A stretch of DNA of 43,429 bases from Verrucomicrobiota bacterium (lineage in GTDB: Bacteria > Verrucomicrobiota > Kiritimatiellia > UBA8416 > SLMC01). Within the stretch, counting starts at the first letter, position 1. Every line of letters starts with the position of its first letter. The translations under genes were made by a program, and so were the position numbers. Shown piece by piece: positions 17,363-26,949 of the stretch. Below the pieces are notes generated by a model. The model made no database searches, was not told where the DNA came from, and saw nothing but the letters and a program-made list of their open reading frames with translations. The stretch covers positions 1 through 43,429 of the forward strand of contig JASEHE010000003.1 of NCBI GenBank assembly GCA_030018915.1. The letters run 5' to 3'.

Positions 17363-18912
17363 TCGTACTGAACACCAGACTGCTCACGCCTCTCCTAACG
17401 GTCGCCTTCTCCATTGCGATTCTCATTTGCGGCGTGACAATGGGTGTGACGGGGCTCTGGGTTCCTTTGGCCCCGGTCCTGCTTTGCCTCCTGGTCGGCC
17501 GACCCAAATGGCTGCTGACAACCTACTTCCTTTGGGTCATGGTCTATGAATTTGTCTCTTTCCTGTTTCGGGGGGAGTGCGTTCGATGGGTGGACAAGGG
17601 TCTGACGTTGCTCCTGCTCTTGGTCCTCGTCGCCCATCGGATTCGGTCGTCATCCGGTTTCGAGCGGTTCCGGATTCTGGAAGCTGCGGCCGGCGTCCTT
17701 CTCGCTTTGACCATCGCTTCCGGAGTGGCAAACCTGGCGCCGGCGCTTGGCGCGGCGCATTTCGTGCTGTCCTATTTCCGATTCTTTCTCATCTTCGCCT
17801 GCGCGCGGCACTTCCTGACCGATCGCGACTCCAGGTTTATCTATTATCTTATGGGGGCATGCCTGCTCTTCCAACTGGCCATCAACGTCGGCTGGCAACT
17901 GGGGATCAATCCGATTCCGAATTTCCGGGCTGGATCCGTGGACTTCGCCATCGGGACCCTTCAAGGATGCGATCTGGTGTCCTATTTCGCCATCGCGTGC
18001 GCGACCCTGTTCGTCGTCGGCTTCTTCAACTCCCGCCGGCCTCTTTGGAAATTCGTCAACCTGATCATGGTCCTGCTCGCCGTCTACCAGGTCTGGATCA
18101 GCTACACCGTTCATGCCTACGCGCTGCTTGTCGTGTCCCTCGGAATCCTGCTCCTTCTGCCGTTTCGAGACCCCAAAAAGCGCCTGTGGCTCGGCGCGAC
18201 TGCCCTCACGATCCTCCTGGTGTCCTGCCTCCCGCAGTTGCCGGGCATAGGAACCGGAACGAGAAGCAGGAGCGCCCTGGGGTATCTGACCGACAATTTC
18301 AACGCTCGAAACATGAGGCAACGGTGGGAGCGGATGATCCGGGGAAGCAAGGGACAGGCCTATCGGGACGTCTGCTACCACTCCACGTGGGAACTCCACT
18401 GTCCCTGGCTGGGGGCCGGGCCGGGGAACTTCGCCAGCGCCGTCGGCCGGCACTATCGTCGGCCTCTTGCCGAAAAGTACATCAACTATGTCATAAGCGC
18501 CCCCACGACGCAGCGATATATCCAGCTTTCCGAAGGCAGCAGCGTCACCGGCCATACGGATAGCGGATTCCTCGCCATCTGGAGTGAACTCGGGCCCCTG
18601 GGCGCGCTGTTGTACTGGGGACTGCATGTTTACGCGGCCGCGCGCGTCCTGCGCTTGATCCGACGGGGCGTCCTGCCCGATGATTTCCACCAGCGCATAC
18701 TGGCGGAGGCCTTTGTCCCGACGATGGCTGTGTGGGTGATCATCAATCTGCTCGTGGACGTCGCCTACAATCCATTCCTGGCCGGAGGGCTTTGGGCCTG
18801 GGCGGGAATGGTCTGGGGAGCGCGGCCAAGCAGGACCGGACCGGAGAGCCGTTCCGCGGCTCCTGCGGACAGCGGGGATCAGGGGAGATTCCCGGTCCCT
18901 GCTCAATCTTGA
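17359..18912 (+). CDS. Wzy-like O-antigen/EPS polymerase (Wzy_C family membrane protein)
   Basis: Polytopic membrane protein with LGAGPGNFASAV...HTDSGFLAIWSELGPLGALLY typical of the family. ATGA overlap with the upstream gene. Confidence 0.7.
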   Translation: MIVLNTRLLTPLLTVAFSIAILICGVTMGVTGLWVPLAPVLLCLLVGRPKWLLTTYFLWVMVYEFVSFLFRGECVRWVDKGLTLLLLLVLVAHRIRSSSGFERFRILEAAAGVLLALTIASGVANLAPALGAAHFVLSYFRFFLIFACARHFLTDRDSRFIYYLMGACLLFQLAINVGWQLGINPIPNFRAGSVDFAIGTLQGCDLVSYFAIACATLFVVGFFNSRRPLWKFVNLIMVLLAVYQVWISYTVHAYALLVVSLGILLLLPFRDPKKRLWLGATALTILLVSCLPQLPGIGTGTRSRSALGYLTDNFNARNMRQRWERMIRGSKGQAYRDVCYHSTWELHCPWLGAGPGNFASAVGRHYRRPLAEKYINYVISAPTTQRYIQLSEGSSVTGHTDSGFLAIWSELGPLGALLYWGLHVYAAARVLRLIRRGVLPDDFHQRILAEAFVPTMAVWVIINLLVDVAYNPFLAGGLWAWAGMVWGARPSRTGPESRSAAPADSGDQGRFPVPAQS

Positions 18913-20123
18913 TGTCATCGTCACGCAAACGGGTCCTCTACCTTCAGCACAGCGCCGACCTGGATGGCGGCGCGTCGTTCTCTCTGTTGGAGGCGCTTCG
19001 CCGTTTGGACCGTTCGCGCTATGAACCGCTGGTCGTTGCCGGTGGCGACGGCCACCTGCTGCGCGCCGTTAAGATGCTCGGGATCGACGTATTCGTGTGC
19101 TCCTCGATTCGTCCTTTGTTGTGGGCCGCTCCATCCGAGAATCCGATGACCAGCGCCCACGATATGCTGCTCCGCGTATTGGCGAGGCAGGGCATTCGGG
19201 CGGTCCGTGCCATCTGCGCCTGGTATCGCCCGGCGTTGGTCCACGTCAATTCGAGCGTCATGTTTCACCTTGCGGCGGGCGTCGATCGTTCGTCGGGGGC
19301 GCGCGTCGTGCTCCATGTTCGTGAACATTGGCGTATGGGCGGCTCATCGGATCGCCGGGAGCGATTCAAGAACGATTTGGTGGCAAACCGGGTGGATGCT
19401 ATTGTGGGGATTTCCGAAACCTCAGTCAGGATGTTCGGCTTCGCCGACAGGAGTCGAGTTATCTACTCTTGGCCGAACTTCAGGGATCGGGACGGGCCTC
19501 TTGAACTTGGAAACGTCCTGGGCCTCCGTCATCGCCATCCGGTTGTGCTGGATTTTGGGGGGCGGCTGGCCCACAAGGGGGCTTTGGACTCGTGTCGGGC
19601 CATCCGGCGGGCTGCGACGCCCGATGTCGTATTGGGCATATTTGGGGGTGTCCGGGCCCGACGGGGGCGGTTGTACGAACTGGCCCGATCCTTGTTTCTG
19701 GCGGCCGGGAGAAAAACATACGGCGCGCGGATGGACGCTTTCGCCGCGGAGGCCCCGCAGCGAATTCGGCTTCTACCCTTCGTTTGCCAGGTGAAGTCGG
19801 CCATCGAGCAGGCTGCCGTAGTTGTGAGTCCGTTCACCTTTCCGCACTTCTCCTGTCCAGCGATGGAAGCTGGAGCGCTGGGCAAGCCGGCGATTGTGAG
19901 CGATGGAGGGGAAGCCCGGGAAATCGTGCTGCACGGACAGACCGGGCTCATCGTGCCGCCGGGTGACCCCGCGGCGCTGGCGCAGGCCATTGATGCGATC
20001 CTCTCCCAGCCGGAGCTGACGGATTTGCTGGGCCGAAACGCCCGACAGTTTATCCGGCAGCGGTTTGACCCGGACCGGAGCATGGCGGAACTGCATCGCC
20101 TTTACGCGGAACTCGCGCCCTGA
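18912..20123 (+). CDS. Glycosyltransferase family 4 (GT-B)
   Basis: The internal ATG overlaps the upstream stop (TGATG). Sequence runs RVLYLQHSADLDGGASFSLLEAL... to the C-terminal E(x7)E-like PFTFPHFSCPAMEAGALGKPAIVSDGGEAREIV.HGQTGLIVPPGD. Confidence 0.85.
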   Translation: MSSSRKRVLYLQHSADLDGGASFSLLEALRRLDRSRYEPLVVAGGDGHLLRAVKMLGIDVFVCSSIRPLLWAAPSENPMTSAHDMLLRVLARQGIRAVRAICAWYRPALVHVNSSVMFHLAAGVDRSSGARVVLHVREHWRMGGSSDRRERFKNDLVANRVDAIVGISETSVRMFGFADRSRVIYSWPNFRDRDGPLELGNVLGLRHRHPVVLDFGGRLAHKGALDSCRAIRRAATPDVVLGIFGGVRARRGRLYELARSLFLAAGRKTYGARMDAFAAEAPQRIRLLPFVCQVKSAIEQAAVVVSPFTFPHFSCPAMEAGALGKPAIVSDGGEAREIVLHGQTGLIVPPGDPAALAQAIDAILSQPELTDLLGRNARQFIRQRFDPDRSMAELHRLYAELAP

Positions 20124-20156
20124 ACGACGAGGCCGGGTTGAAAGACTGGAAAGCCG

Positions 20157-21146
20157 ATGATCCGCGAGACGCCGGATCTCTCCGTGGTGATCGTGAGCTG
20201 GAACTCGCGGGACTTCCTTGGCCCCTGTCTCCGCTCTGTTCTCGCTACGACCCAGGATCTCGCCGTCGAGATCATCGTGGTTGACAACGGCTCCACCGAC
20301 GGCGCCGTCGATCATATCCGATGCGAATACCCCGGCGTCCGCTTGATGGCGCCGGCCCGGAACATCGGATTTCCTGCGGCGAACAATATGGGCTTCGGCG
20401 CCGCCAAGGGCCGATACCTGCTCGCCTTGAACCCCGACACGGTGGTCCACCCGGGAACCATCGCGCGGGCTTTGTCCTTTCTGGAGGAGCATCCGGACTG
20501 CGGATGCGTGGGGGTCAAGACCTTGAAGCCCAACGGAAAGATCCAGTTCTCCTGCGCGCGGCGCGTCCCAACCTTGCGCAGCGCATTGGCCAGCATCCTG
20601 ATGATCGACAAGGTGTTCGCCCGCGCGGGATGGCTGCAGTCATTTGATATGACCGAATGGGATCACGAGGAAAGTCGGGACGTGGACGCCATTGCGGGGT
20701 CGTTCATGATGTTTTCCAGGAAACTGATCGGGGACATCGGGGGATTCGACGAGCGCCTGCCCATGTTCCTGGAGGACATCGAGTTCTGTCTTCGGCTGCG
20801 GCGGCGCGGGCTTCGCATCCGCTACCTGGGCAACGTCAGCATCCTGCATCACGGGGGGCAGAGCACGAATCGCGCCTCGCCGCGGCGGATCGCCGAGTTG
20901 CGCTACGAGGCGTGGAGGCTGCTGCTCCAGGACTTGGGAGGGGTCAATTGCGGGCGACAATTCGCGCGGGCCCTTCTCTGGGTTCTGCCGCTCAAGGTCC
21001 TGCTGCTGCCCGCTCTCTGTCTCGGGGTTTACATCCGGAACCGAGAGCGCCGTCTGGTCCGCGAACTGATTGACGCCTGGGTCGGCATCGAATGGGCTTT
21101 GAGCCGGTTGTCGTCTCGGGCGCCCATCGGTGAAAGGCAGGGCTAG
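20157..21146 (+). CDS. Glycosyltransferase family 2
   Basis: DLSVVIVSWNSRDFLGPCLRSV...IIVVDNGSTDG...NIGFPAANNMG...LLALNPDTVV...EDIEFCLRLRRRG are classic GT2 (GT-A, DxD) features. Confidence 0.9.
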   Translation: MIRETPDLSVVIVSWNSRDFLGPCLRSVLATTQDLAVEIIVVDNGSTDGAVDHIRCEYPGVRLMAPARNIGFPAANNMGFGAAKGRYLLALNPDTVVHPGTIARALSFLEEHPDCGCVGVKTLKPNGKIQFSCARRVPTLRSALASILMIDKVFARAGWLQSFDMTEWDHEESRDVDAIAGSFMMFSRKLIGDIGGFDERLPMFLEDIEFCLRLRRRGLRIRYLGNVSILHHGGQSTNRASPRRIAELRYEAWRLLLQDLGGVNCGRQFARALLWVLPLKVLLLPALCLGVYIRNRERRLVRELIDAWVGIEWALSRLSSRAPIGERQG

Positions 21147-21148
21147 TC

Positions 21149-21973
21149 GTGCCGACCTCGGGCAACGGGGATTCTCCTGTTCGGGCTCTCAACGCCGATG
21201 CGTTTGACACATACTACGACAAGCCCAGATGGTGGTTCTTCTGGCGGTACGACACACAGGTCAAGCGGAAGACGTGCCTGACGCTCGTCCGCCGGCATAG
21301 ACGAGACTGGCACGGGAAGAAAATCCTTGAGCTCGGCTTTGGATCCGCAGACACGCTGTTTTCGTTCCCTCGCGACTGCCACATCGTCGGGATCGAGATG
21401 GCCCGGTCAGCAGTTGAACGGGCGAAAACCCTTGCCGTTCGGAAGGGATATGGCGAGTGTCACTTCCATCAAGGGGATGCGAGCGGACCGCTGCCCGTCG
21501 GGCCCGAGAGTTGTGACCTGGCCATCGCCTCGCATGTTCTGGAGCACCTGCCGGACGACGGGGCGTGTCTGCGGCGGATTCATGCCGCTCTGAAGCCGGA
21601 GGCCGCCCTCGTGGTCCTAGTTCCGGTCAACGAGCGGTTCATGGATCCCAAGCATGTAAGGCCATACACGTTCGAGAGTTGCAGACTGGCTTGCGCCGAC
21701 GCGGGTTTCCACATGGTATGGGGCTTCGAGAATGAACGGCTCTTTTATCTCGTGGAGCGCCTCTACTTGTCGCCGAACTCGCCGCGACACCCTGCGTGGG
21801 CCACTCTAGCCAAGGTCGCTTTCAACGTGATGACCTCTTGTTGGCCATTCTGGATGTGCCGCGTTGCCGACGCCGTCTTGGCCGGCGTGTGGCGGCTGCC
21901 TCCGCGGCAGGCGGCCCTGTTGTTGGTGAAGGAGACAGTCGGCGCGGCCCCTCGTCAGGCTGGCAAGCTGTGA
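21149..21973 (+). CDS. Class I SAM-dependent methyltransferase
   Basis: Motif I KILELGFGSADT, followed by DLAIASHVLEHLPDD...LKPEAALVVLVP. The GTG start lies 2 nt after the upstream stop. Confidence 0.85.
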   Translation: MPTSGNGDSPVRALNADAFDTYYDKPRWWFFWRYDTQVKRKTCLTLVRRHRRDWHGKKILELGFGSADTLFSFPRDCHIVGIEMARSAVERAKTLAVRKGYGECHFHQGDASGPLPVGPESCDLAIASHVLEHLPDDGACLRRIHAALKPEAALVVLVPVNERFMDPKHVRPYTFESCRLACADAGFHMVWGFENERLFYLVERLYLSPNSPRHPAWATLAKVAFNVMTSCWPFWMCRVADAVLAGVWRLPPRQAALLLVKETVGAAPRQAGKL

Positions 21974-23310
21974 CTGCCGAGTGTCATATTCTTGCGTCCC
22001 CGAGCGTAAGCGATGACGTCCGCGAGTTCATCCGGCGGCATATGCCGGATGGTGATTTTCGGAGAATCGTGATCAAGCCCAACTGGGTCCGGCACCAGGT
22101 GGCGCCGGAGTTTCCCATACGGGCCCTGGTCACGAGTCCGCTCTTGATTGAGGCGGTCATCGCGGTTTGCCTGGACCGGTATCCCCAGGCGGAGAGCCTG
22201 ACGGTGGCGGATGTCCCGCTGCAGAGCTGTCGGTGGGATCTTCTCGCGGAGCAGTGCGGGCTTGCGGAGATGGCAGAGAGGTGCGGCCGCCTGAAGCGCC
22301 CCCGGGTTAGATTCCTCGATCTGAGGAGGGAACGATATGTCTTGCGCCGCGGATTCCTCTCCCGGGATGTCGCGGGGCCCGAGGGGGATCCGCGGGGGTA
22401 TCGCGATGTTGTCCTTGGGCGCGAGAGCTTCGTTGATCCGGTCAGCGATCCCCAGGGGCGCCTTCGGGTTTCCGACTACGATCCGGCCCGGATCGCAAAC
22501 AGCCACCGGTCGGGGATGCATCGCTACTGCATCGCCGGGACCATCCTGGATGCCGACCTCGTGATCAACATGCCGAAGATGAAGACCCATCAGAAGGCGG
22601 GGATCACCGGAGCGCTGAAAAATCTTGTGGGAATGAACGGGGAGAAGGGGTGCCTGGTCCATCATCGCCGTGGGCGGGCAGGGCGTGGCGGTGACGAGTT
22701 CCCGCGGGACATATCCTTCTGGATTCCCCTGCAGGCGCGCGCCCGGGAACTCCTCCAGAAACGTTCCCGGTTCGGTTATTGGATCGGTCGCTTCGCGTGG
22801 GCATGGATCAAGGCATGGACGGGAATTCGCACCGAAGGGCGCCGGGAGAATCTCGGGAAACGGTTCTACACGGGAAGCGGATCCTGGTACGGCAACGACA
22901 CGGTCTGGCGAATGGTCTACGATCTCAATCGCATCCTTCGCTACGCGCCGCGGGATGGCGGGACGCTGGCGACAAGGCCTCAGCGAGCTTATGTCGCGGT
23001 GCTGGACGGCATCATCGCCGGGGAGGGGGACGGCCCTCTTCAGCCGCTTCCGGTGGAGACCGGCGTTGTGGCCGTCTCCGCCAATCCCTTTCTGGTCGAC
23101 ATGGCCATGGCGCGTATGATGGGCTACGATTGGCGCAAGATTCCTCTCCTCGCCAACTTCAGGACGTTGGGCGACCCGGAATGGTCGGCCATCGATCCGG
23201 ACCGCGCGCAACTGTCCTGGGATGGACGGACGATCATCGGGATCATGTCGCTGCCTGTTCTTCACCCGTTTCTAGCGCCTCCGGGCTGGAAGGGACACAT
23301 CGAACTGTGA
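21970..23310 (+). CDS. DUF362 domain protein (copy 1, with a long insertion)
   Basis: The GTG start overlaps the upstream TGA (GTGA). Contains IVIKPNWV..., ...LVINMPKMKTHQKAGITGALKNLVGM..., ...VLDGIIAGEGDGPL, the DUF362 hallmarks as I remember them. Confidence 0.72.
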   Translation: MTAECHILASPSVSDDVREFIRRHMPDGDFRRIVIKPNWVRHQVAPEFPIRALVTSPLLIEAVIAVCLDRYPQAESLTVADVPLQSCRWDLLAEQCGLAEMAERCGRLKRPRVRFLDLRRERYVLRRGFLSRDVAGPEGDPRGYRDVVLGRESFVDPVSDPQGRLRVSDYDPARIANSHRSGMHRYCIAGTILDADLVINMPKMKTHQKAGITGALKNLVGMNGEKGCLVHHRRGRAGRGGDEFPRDISFWIPLQARARELLQKRSRFGYWIGRFAWAWIKAWTGIRTEGRRENLGKRFYTGSGSWYGNDTVWRMVYDLNRILRYAPRDGGTLATRPQRAYVAVLDGIIAGEGDGPLQPLPVETGVVAVSANPFLVDMAMARMMGYDWRKIPLLANFRTLGDPEWSAIDPDRAQLSWDGRTIIGIMSLPVLHPFLAPPGWKGHIEL

Positions 23311-24689
23311 CCGGCATCCGGGCAACGGTCTTTCTGGCCCTTCAGAGCGCCTTAGGCTCCCGGGCGGCGCAATACTACCGGGAGTTCCTGCGTCTCGATT
23401 GTGGCAGCCCGGACGCGCTGAGGGATCTGCGCTCGCGGCGCCTCGAAGGCGTGCTCCGGGATGCCGTTCGCAACTGTCCTTTCTACCGGGAACGTGTGCG
23501 AGGAAGTCGCTCCCCGGTGCTGGAGGATTTTCCAATCCTGGCGAAGAGCGATATCCGGGACAACTTCCTGAACTTGGTGTCGGATGGAAAGCGGGCGGAG
23601 GTTGCCGGCGGCCGACCGCGCTCGCCGGGCTACTCTTGGATCGAGGTCAGGACGGGAGGCACGACGGGGATGCCCATTCGCGTCATTCACGACGCCGGCT
23701 TCCGTGACCAGGGCCGCGCTTCGCGACTCTACTCGCAGCGCCTTTGCGGGTTCCCTTTCGGCGCCCCCTACTTCAGGCTCTGGGGTTCCATGGAGGAGGT
23801 CCGAAAGATGCGCCGGGCGTGGCCGGCTCGCCTGACGGGATGGCTTGCCCGGGAACACCTGCTCAATGCGTTCGAGATGAACCATGCCCGACAACGCCGG
23901 TACATCGGCCTCATCAACGAACGCGTGGACGTGGACTACCTGATGGCCTACGTGGACGCGGCCTGCCAACTGGCGAGCCATGCGCAAGCGGAGAACATGC
24001 GGGTGCGGCCCCTTGCCGCGATCATGGCCTGTGCCGGAACGGTGACGCTCGAAGCCCGCTCGTTGCTGAGCGAGGTTTTCTCGGCGCGAGTTCACAACAA
24101 GTACGGCTCCCGCGAGTGCGCCGACATGGCCTGTGAGTGCGAGGACGGCGGGTTCCACGTGTACGCCCATCAGGCGCATCTGGAAGTCGTGGACGAACAG
24201 GGCAACCGGGTTCCCGCCGGGCAATCGGGCCGTATCCTTGTAACGCTGCTCGGCAACTCGACTTTCCCCCTCGTACGCTACGAAATCGGCGACCGGGGCG
24301 CCCTGCGGGACGGCCTCTGTCCATGCGGTCGCCCATTTCCTCTTCTGGAAACAGTCGAAGGACGGACGGTTCAGTTCTTGGAGGTTTCCGGGGGGCGTTA
24401 CGTGTCGCCGGTCTACATCCGCCATCTCATCGGTGTCGTGCATGGGGCGAGCGGTGTGCGCCGGTTTCAACTGCGGCGGGTCGGGACGGCGCAATTCGAT
24501 CTTCTCGTCGTGCTTGACGACTCCGCGGGGGACGGTGTGTTCGCGAAATTCGCGCCGGCGATTGTCCGGGACTTGCAGGCCGCGTTTGGAGCAGAGGCGC
24601 AGATATCCACGCGGCGTGTCGCCGAGATTCCGCCTGCGCCCAGCGGGAAGCATTTGTACGTTGTCGATGAACTGAAGCAGACGCCGTGA
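23307..24689 (+). CDS. PaaK/coenzyme-F390-synthetase-like adenylate-forming enzyme (COG1541, often annotated CapK)
   Basis: GTGA overlap at the start. RTGGTTGMPIRV matches the family P-loop SGTTGxP. Also ...YGSRE... and ...LVRYEIGDRG... typical of the family. Confidence 0.8.
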   Translation: MTGIRATVFLALQSALGSRAAQYYREFLRLDCGSPDALRDLRSRRLEGVLRDAVRNCPFYRERVRGSRSPVLEDFPILAKSDIRDNFLNLVSDGKRAEVAGGRPRSPGYSWIEVRTGGTTGMPIRVIHDAGFRDQGRASRLYSQRLCGFPFGAPYFRLWGSMEEVRKMRRAWPARLTGWLAREHLLNAFEMNHARQRRYIGLINERVDVDYLMAYVDAACQLASHAQAENMRVRPLAAIMACAGTVTLEARSLLSEVFSARVHNKYGSRECADMACECEDGGFHVYAHQAHLEVVDEQGNRVPAGQSGRILVTLLGNSTFPLVRYEIGDRGALRDGLCPCGRPFPLLETVEGRTVQFLEVSGGRYVSPVYIRHLIGVVHGASGVRRFQLRRVGTAQFDLLVVLDDSAGDGVFAKFAPAIVRDLQAAFGAEAQISTRRVAEIPPAPSGKHLYVVDELKQTP

Positions 24690-25864
24690 AGATACTTTTT
24701 GTTCACAGTGGGGCCGACCTCTATGGCGCCGGTCGGTCGCTCCTTCGGCTGAGCGCGAGGTTGGTCCGGGATTCCCACGGGGTCCGTGTGGTATTGCCCT
24801 GGGAAGGCCCCCTCCGCGCGGAACTGGAAAAGGCCGGCGCGCAAGTGCGTGTGCTCACGCGGCTGCCGATCCTTCGCCGCGATCGGTTCCGGAACCCCGC
24901 GCGATTCCTCGCGCTGTGGTTCCGCGCGGCCACGGCCGTCGTTGCTTTGCTTCGCCTTATCAGGGAGGATCGTCCAAACATCGTGCACACGAACACGGCG
25001 ACGGTTTTCCTTGCTTCCGCCATCGCGGCCCGCTGGGCCGGGATTCCGCATGTCTGGCACGCGCGCGAGTTCTTCTCGGAGTTCGGCTGGGCCTGGCCGC
25101 TGTACCGGTGGATGATCCTGCGCCTCTCGGACCGAGTCGTGTGCGTGTCGAGCGCCGTGGCGCGACAGTTCGGCGACCCGGCCGATGACGATCGCCTCGC
25201 TGTCATTCACAACGGCCTGCCGATCGAGGAGTTCGGTCCCGTGCACGCGGAGCGGATCGCCGCGTTTCGTCGGGCGGTTGCCCCGGGACCGGGACGTCTC
25301 GTGGGTGTGGTCGGGCGGGTCAAGCTGGCACGAAAAGGCCAGGAGACCCTGGTCCGCGCGGCTCAGCTCCTCGACGCCCGATATCCGGATGCGCGGTTCC
25401 TGATCGTGGGGAGTCCTTTCCCGGGCAACGACAAGCACTTGGACAGGCTCAAGGAGATCATACGCCAGACACTGCAGGAGGATCGGGTGCTCTGCGTGGG
25501 TGAGGCGCAGGACATCAAGGCTGCCCTGGCGGCGTTGGATATCCTCGTGCTGTCGTCCGGCCTTCCTGAGCCCTTCGGCGGAGTGGTGCTGGAGGCGATG
25601 GCGCTCGGCAAGCCAGTGGTAGGAACGCGGATCGGCGGGACTCCGGAGCAGATCGAAGACGGTGTGACGGGCTTTCTGGTTCCGCCCGGCGATGCGGCGG
25701 CAATGGCGGAAGCGCTGGCCCGGTTGCTCGGCGATCCTGCGCTCTCCAGTCGGATGGGGCAGGCCGGCCGGCGCAAGCTCGAGCGGGAGTTCCTGTTCGA
25801 CGGGTTCTACAAAAAAATGTTCGGCGTGTATGATGAGCTGGTTGAAGACCGGCCAATGGGGTAG
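24686..25864 (+). CDS. Glycosyltransferase family 4 (GT-B)
   Basis: GTGA overlap at the start. KILFVHSGADLYGAGRSLLRL... to the C-terminal EPFGGVVLEAMALGKPVVGTRIGGTPEQIEDGVTGFLVPPGD. Confidence 0.9.
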   Translation: MKILFVHSGADLYGAGRSLLRLSARLVRDSHGVRVVLPWEGPLRAELEKAGAQVRVLTRLPILRRDRFRNPARFLALWFRAATAVVALLRLIREDRPNIVHTNTATVFLASAIAARWAGIPHVWHAREFFSEFGWAWPLYRWMILRLSDRVVCVSSAVARQFGDPADDDRLAVIHNGLPIEEFGPVHAERIAAFRRAVAPGPGRLVGVVGRVKLARKGQETLVRAAQLLDARYPDARFLIVGSPFPGNDKHLDRLKEIIRQTLQEDRVLCVGEAQDIKAALAALDILVLSSGLPEPFGGVVLEAMALGKPVVGTRIGGTPEQIEDGVTGFLVPPGDAAAMAEALARLLGDPALSSRMGQAGRRKLEREFLFDGFYKKMFGVYDELVEDRPMG

Positions 25865-25871
25865 ACAAGCG

Positions 25872-26888
25872 ATGGGCAAGGTGAGGCTTTTCGTTGACGA
25901 TTTGGATCCTCGCGACTATGCGGGAGCGATTCGCCGGGGCCTCGCTTGGATAGGCATTGAGCGCCGAATACGGCCCGGGGATCGAGTCTTGGTCAAGCCC
26001 AACTTGACCTTCCCAAGGTACCGGAAAGGCGTCATGGCCAGTCCGATGTGCGTCGAGGCGCTGGTCGAGGCGCTCAAGGACTACACGGACCGGATCATGG
26101 TCGGCGAGGCAGACTCCGGGGGATACAATCGCTTCTCGATGGACGAGGTCTTCCGGGAAACGGGGTTGCTGGATCTGACGAAGAAGTATGGAGTGAACGT
26201 CGTCAACCTGACGGGGAGGCCAGCGCGCGATGTCGAGGTGGTTTCCGGACATCGGCGGTTGAAGATCCCGCTGCCGGCCGTTGTCCTGGACGACACGGAC
26301 TGCGTGGTGTCTCTCGCCGTACCCAAGATACACATGAACACCCGAGTGTCACTGTCCGTCAAGAATCTCTGGGGCTGTATCCCTCTCCCGCCGGCCAGAC
26401 TGAGGCTGCATCCCTACCTTGACGATGTCTTGTGCGCGGTGGTGAACGCGCTGCGGAAGCCGGTGGCGGTTGTGGACGGACGATACGGGTTGAATCGAAG
26501 CGGGCCCATGAGAGGCGAGGTCGTGGAACTGAACTGGCTGCTGATGTCGGACGACTGTTACACGGCAGACGCCACGTGCTGCCGTCTGATGGGGATCGCC
26601 CCGGCGAGTGTCAGTCATCTGGTTGATGGAACCACGCGGAAGCCTCGTTCCGCGTCGGAGACCGAGGTCGAGATGAATCGCGATCTCGCTCGCATGCCGG
26701 TCACGCGATTCTATCTCCGCCGGTCCTGGACGGACTACCTGAGTCTGCTGGCCTTCCGGTATGCCGTGCTGTCGCACCTGGCCTATCGCTCACCCCTCGC
26801 AGCCTGGCTGCATCGTATTCTGTATTGGTTCCGGGAACCGTTCTATGACTACGACCATCCCTTCGAGCCACGATCCGGGTCGGAGTAG
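25872..26888 (+). CDS. DUF362 domain protein (copy 2)
   Basis: Starts at an internal ATG 8 nt after the upstream stop. Contains RVLVKPNLT..., ...VVSLAVPKIHMNTRVSLSVKNLWGC..., ...VVDGRYGLNRSGPM... Confidence 0.72.
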   Translation: MGKVRLFVDDLDPRDYAGAIRRGLAWIGIERRIRPGDRVLVKPNLTFPRYRKGVMASPMCVEALVEALKDYTDRIMVGEADSGGYNRFSMDEVFRETGLLDLTKKYGVNVVNLTGRPARDVEVVSGHRRLKIPLPAVVLDDTDCVVSLAVPKIHMNTRVSLSVKNLWGCIPLPPARLRLHPYLDDVLCAVVNALRKPVAVVDGRYGLNRSGPMRGEVVELNWLLMSDDCYTADATCCRLMGIAPASVSHLVDGTTRKPRSASETEVEMNRDLARMPVTRFYLRRSWTDYLSLLAFRYAVLSHLAYRSPLAAWLHRILYWFREPFYDYDHPFEPRSGSE

Positions 26889-26949
26889 CGCCCGCGACAC
26901 CGGCGGCGCGCGACGCGAGCGCCGCAACGCTTGCTGAGGAAAGACGCGC

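Noticed and set aside
20660-20680. RNase P-like GAGGAAAGTC string
   Set aside because: It lies inside the well-supported GT2 coding sequence, with none of the surrounding RNase P RNA conserved regions. I treat it as a coincidence.
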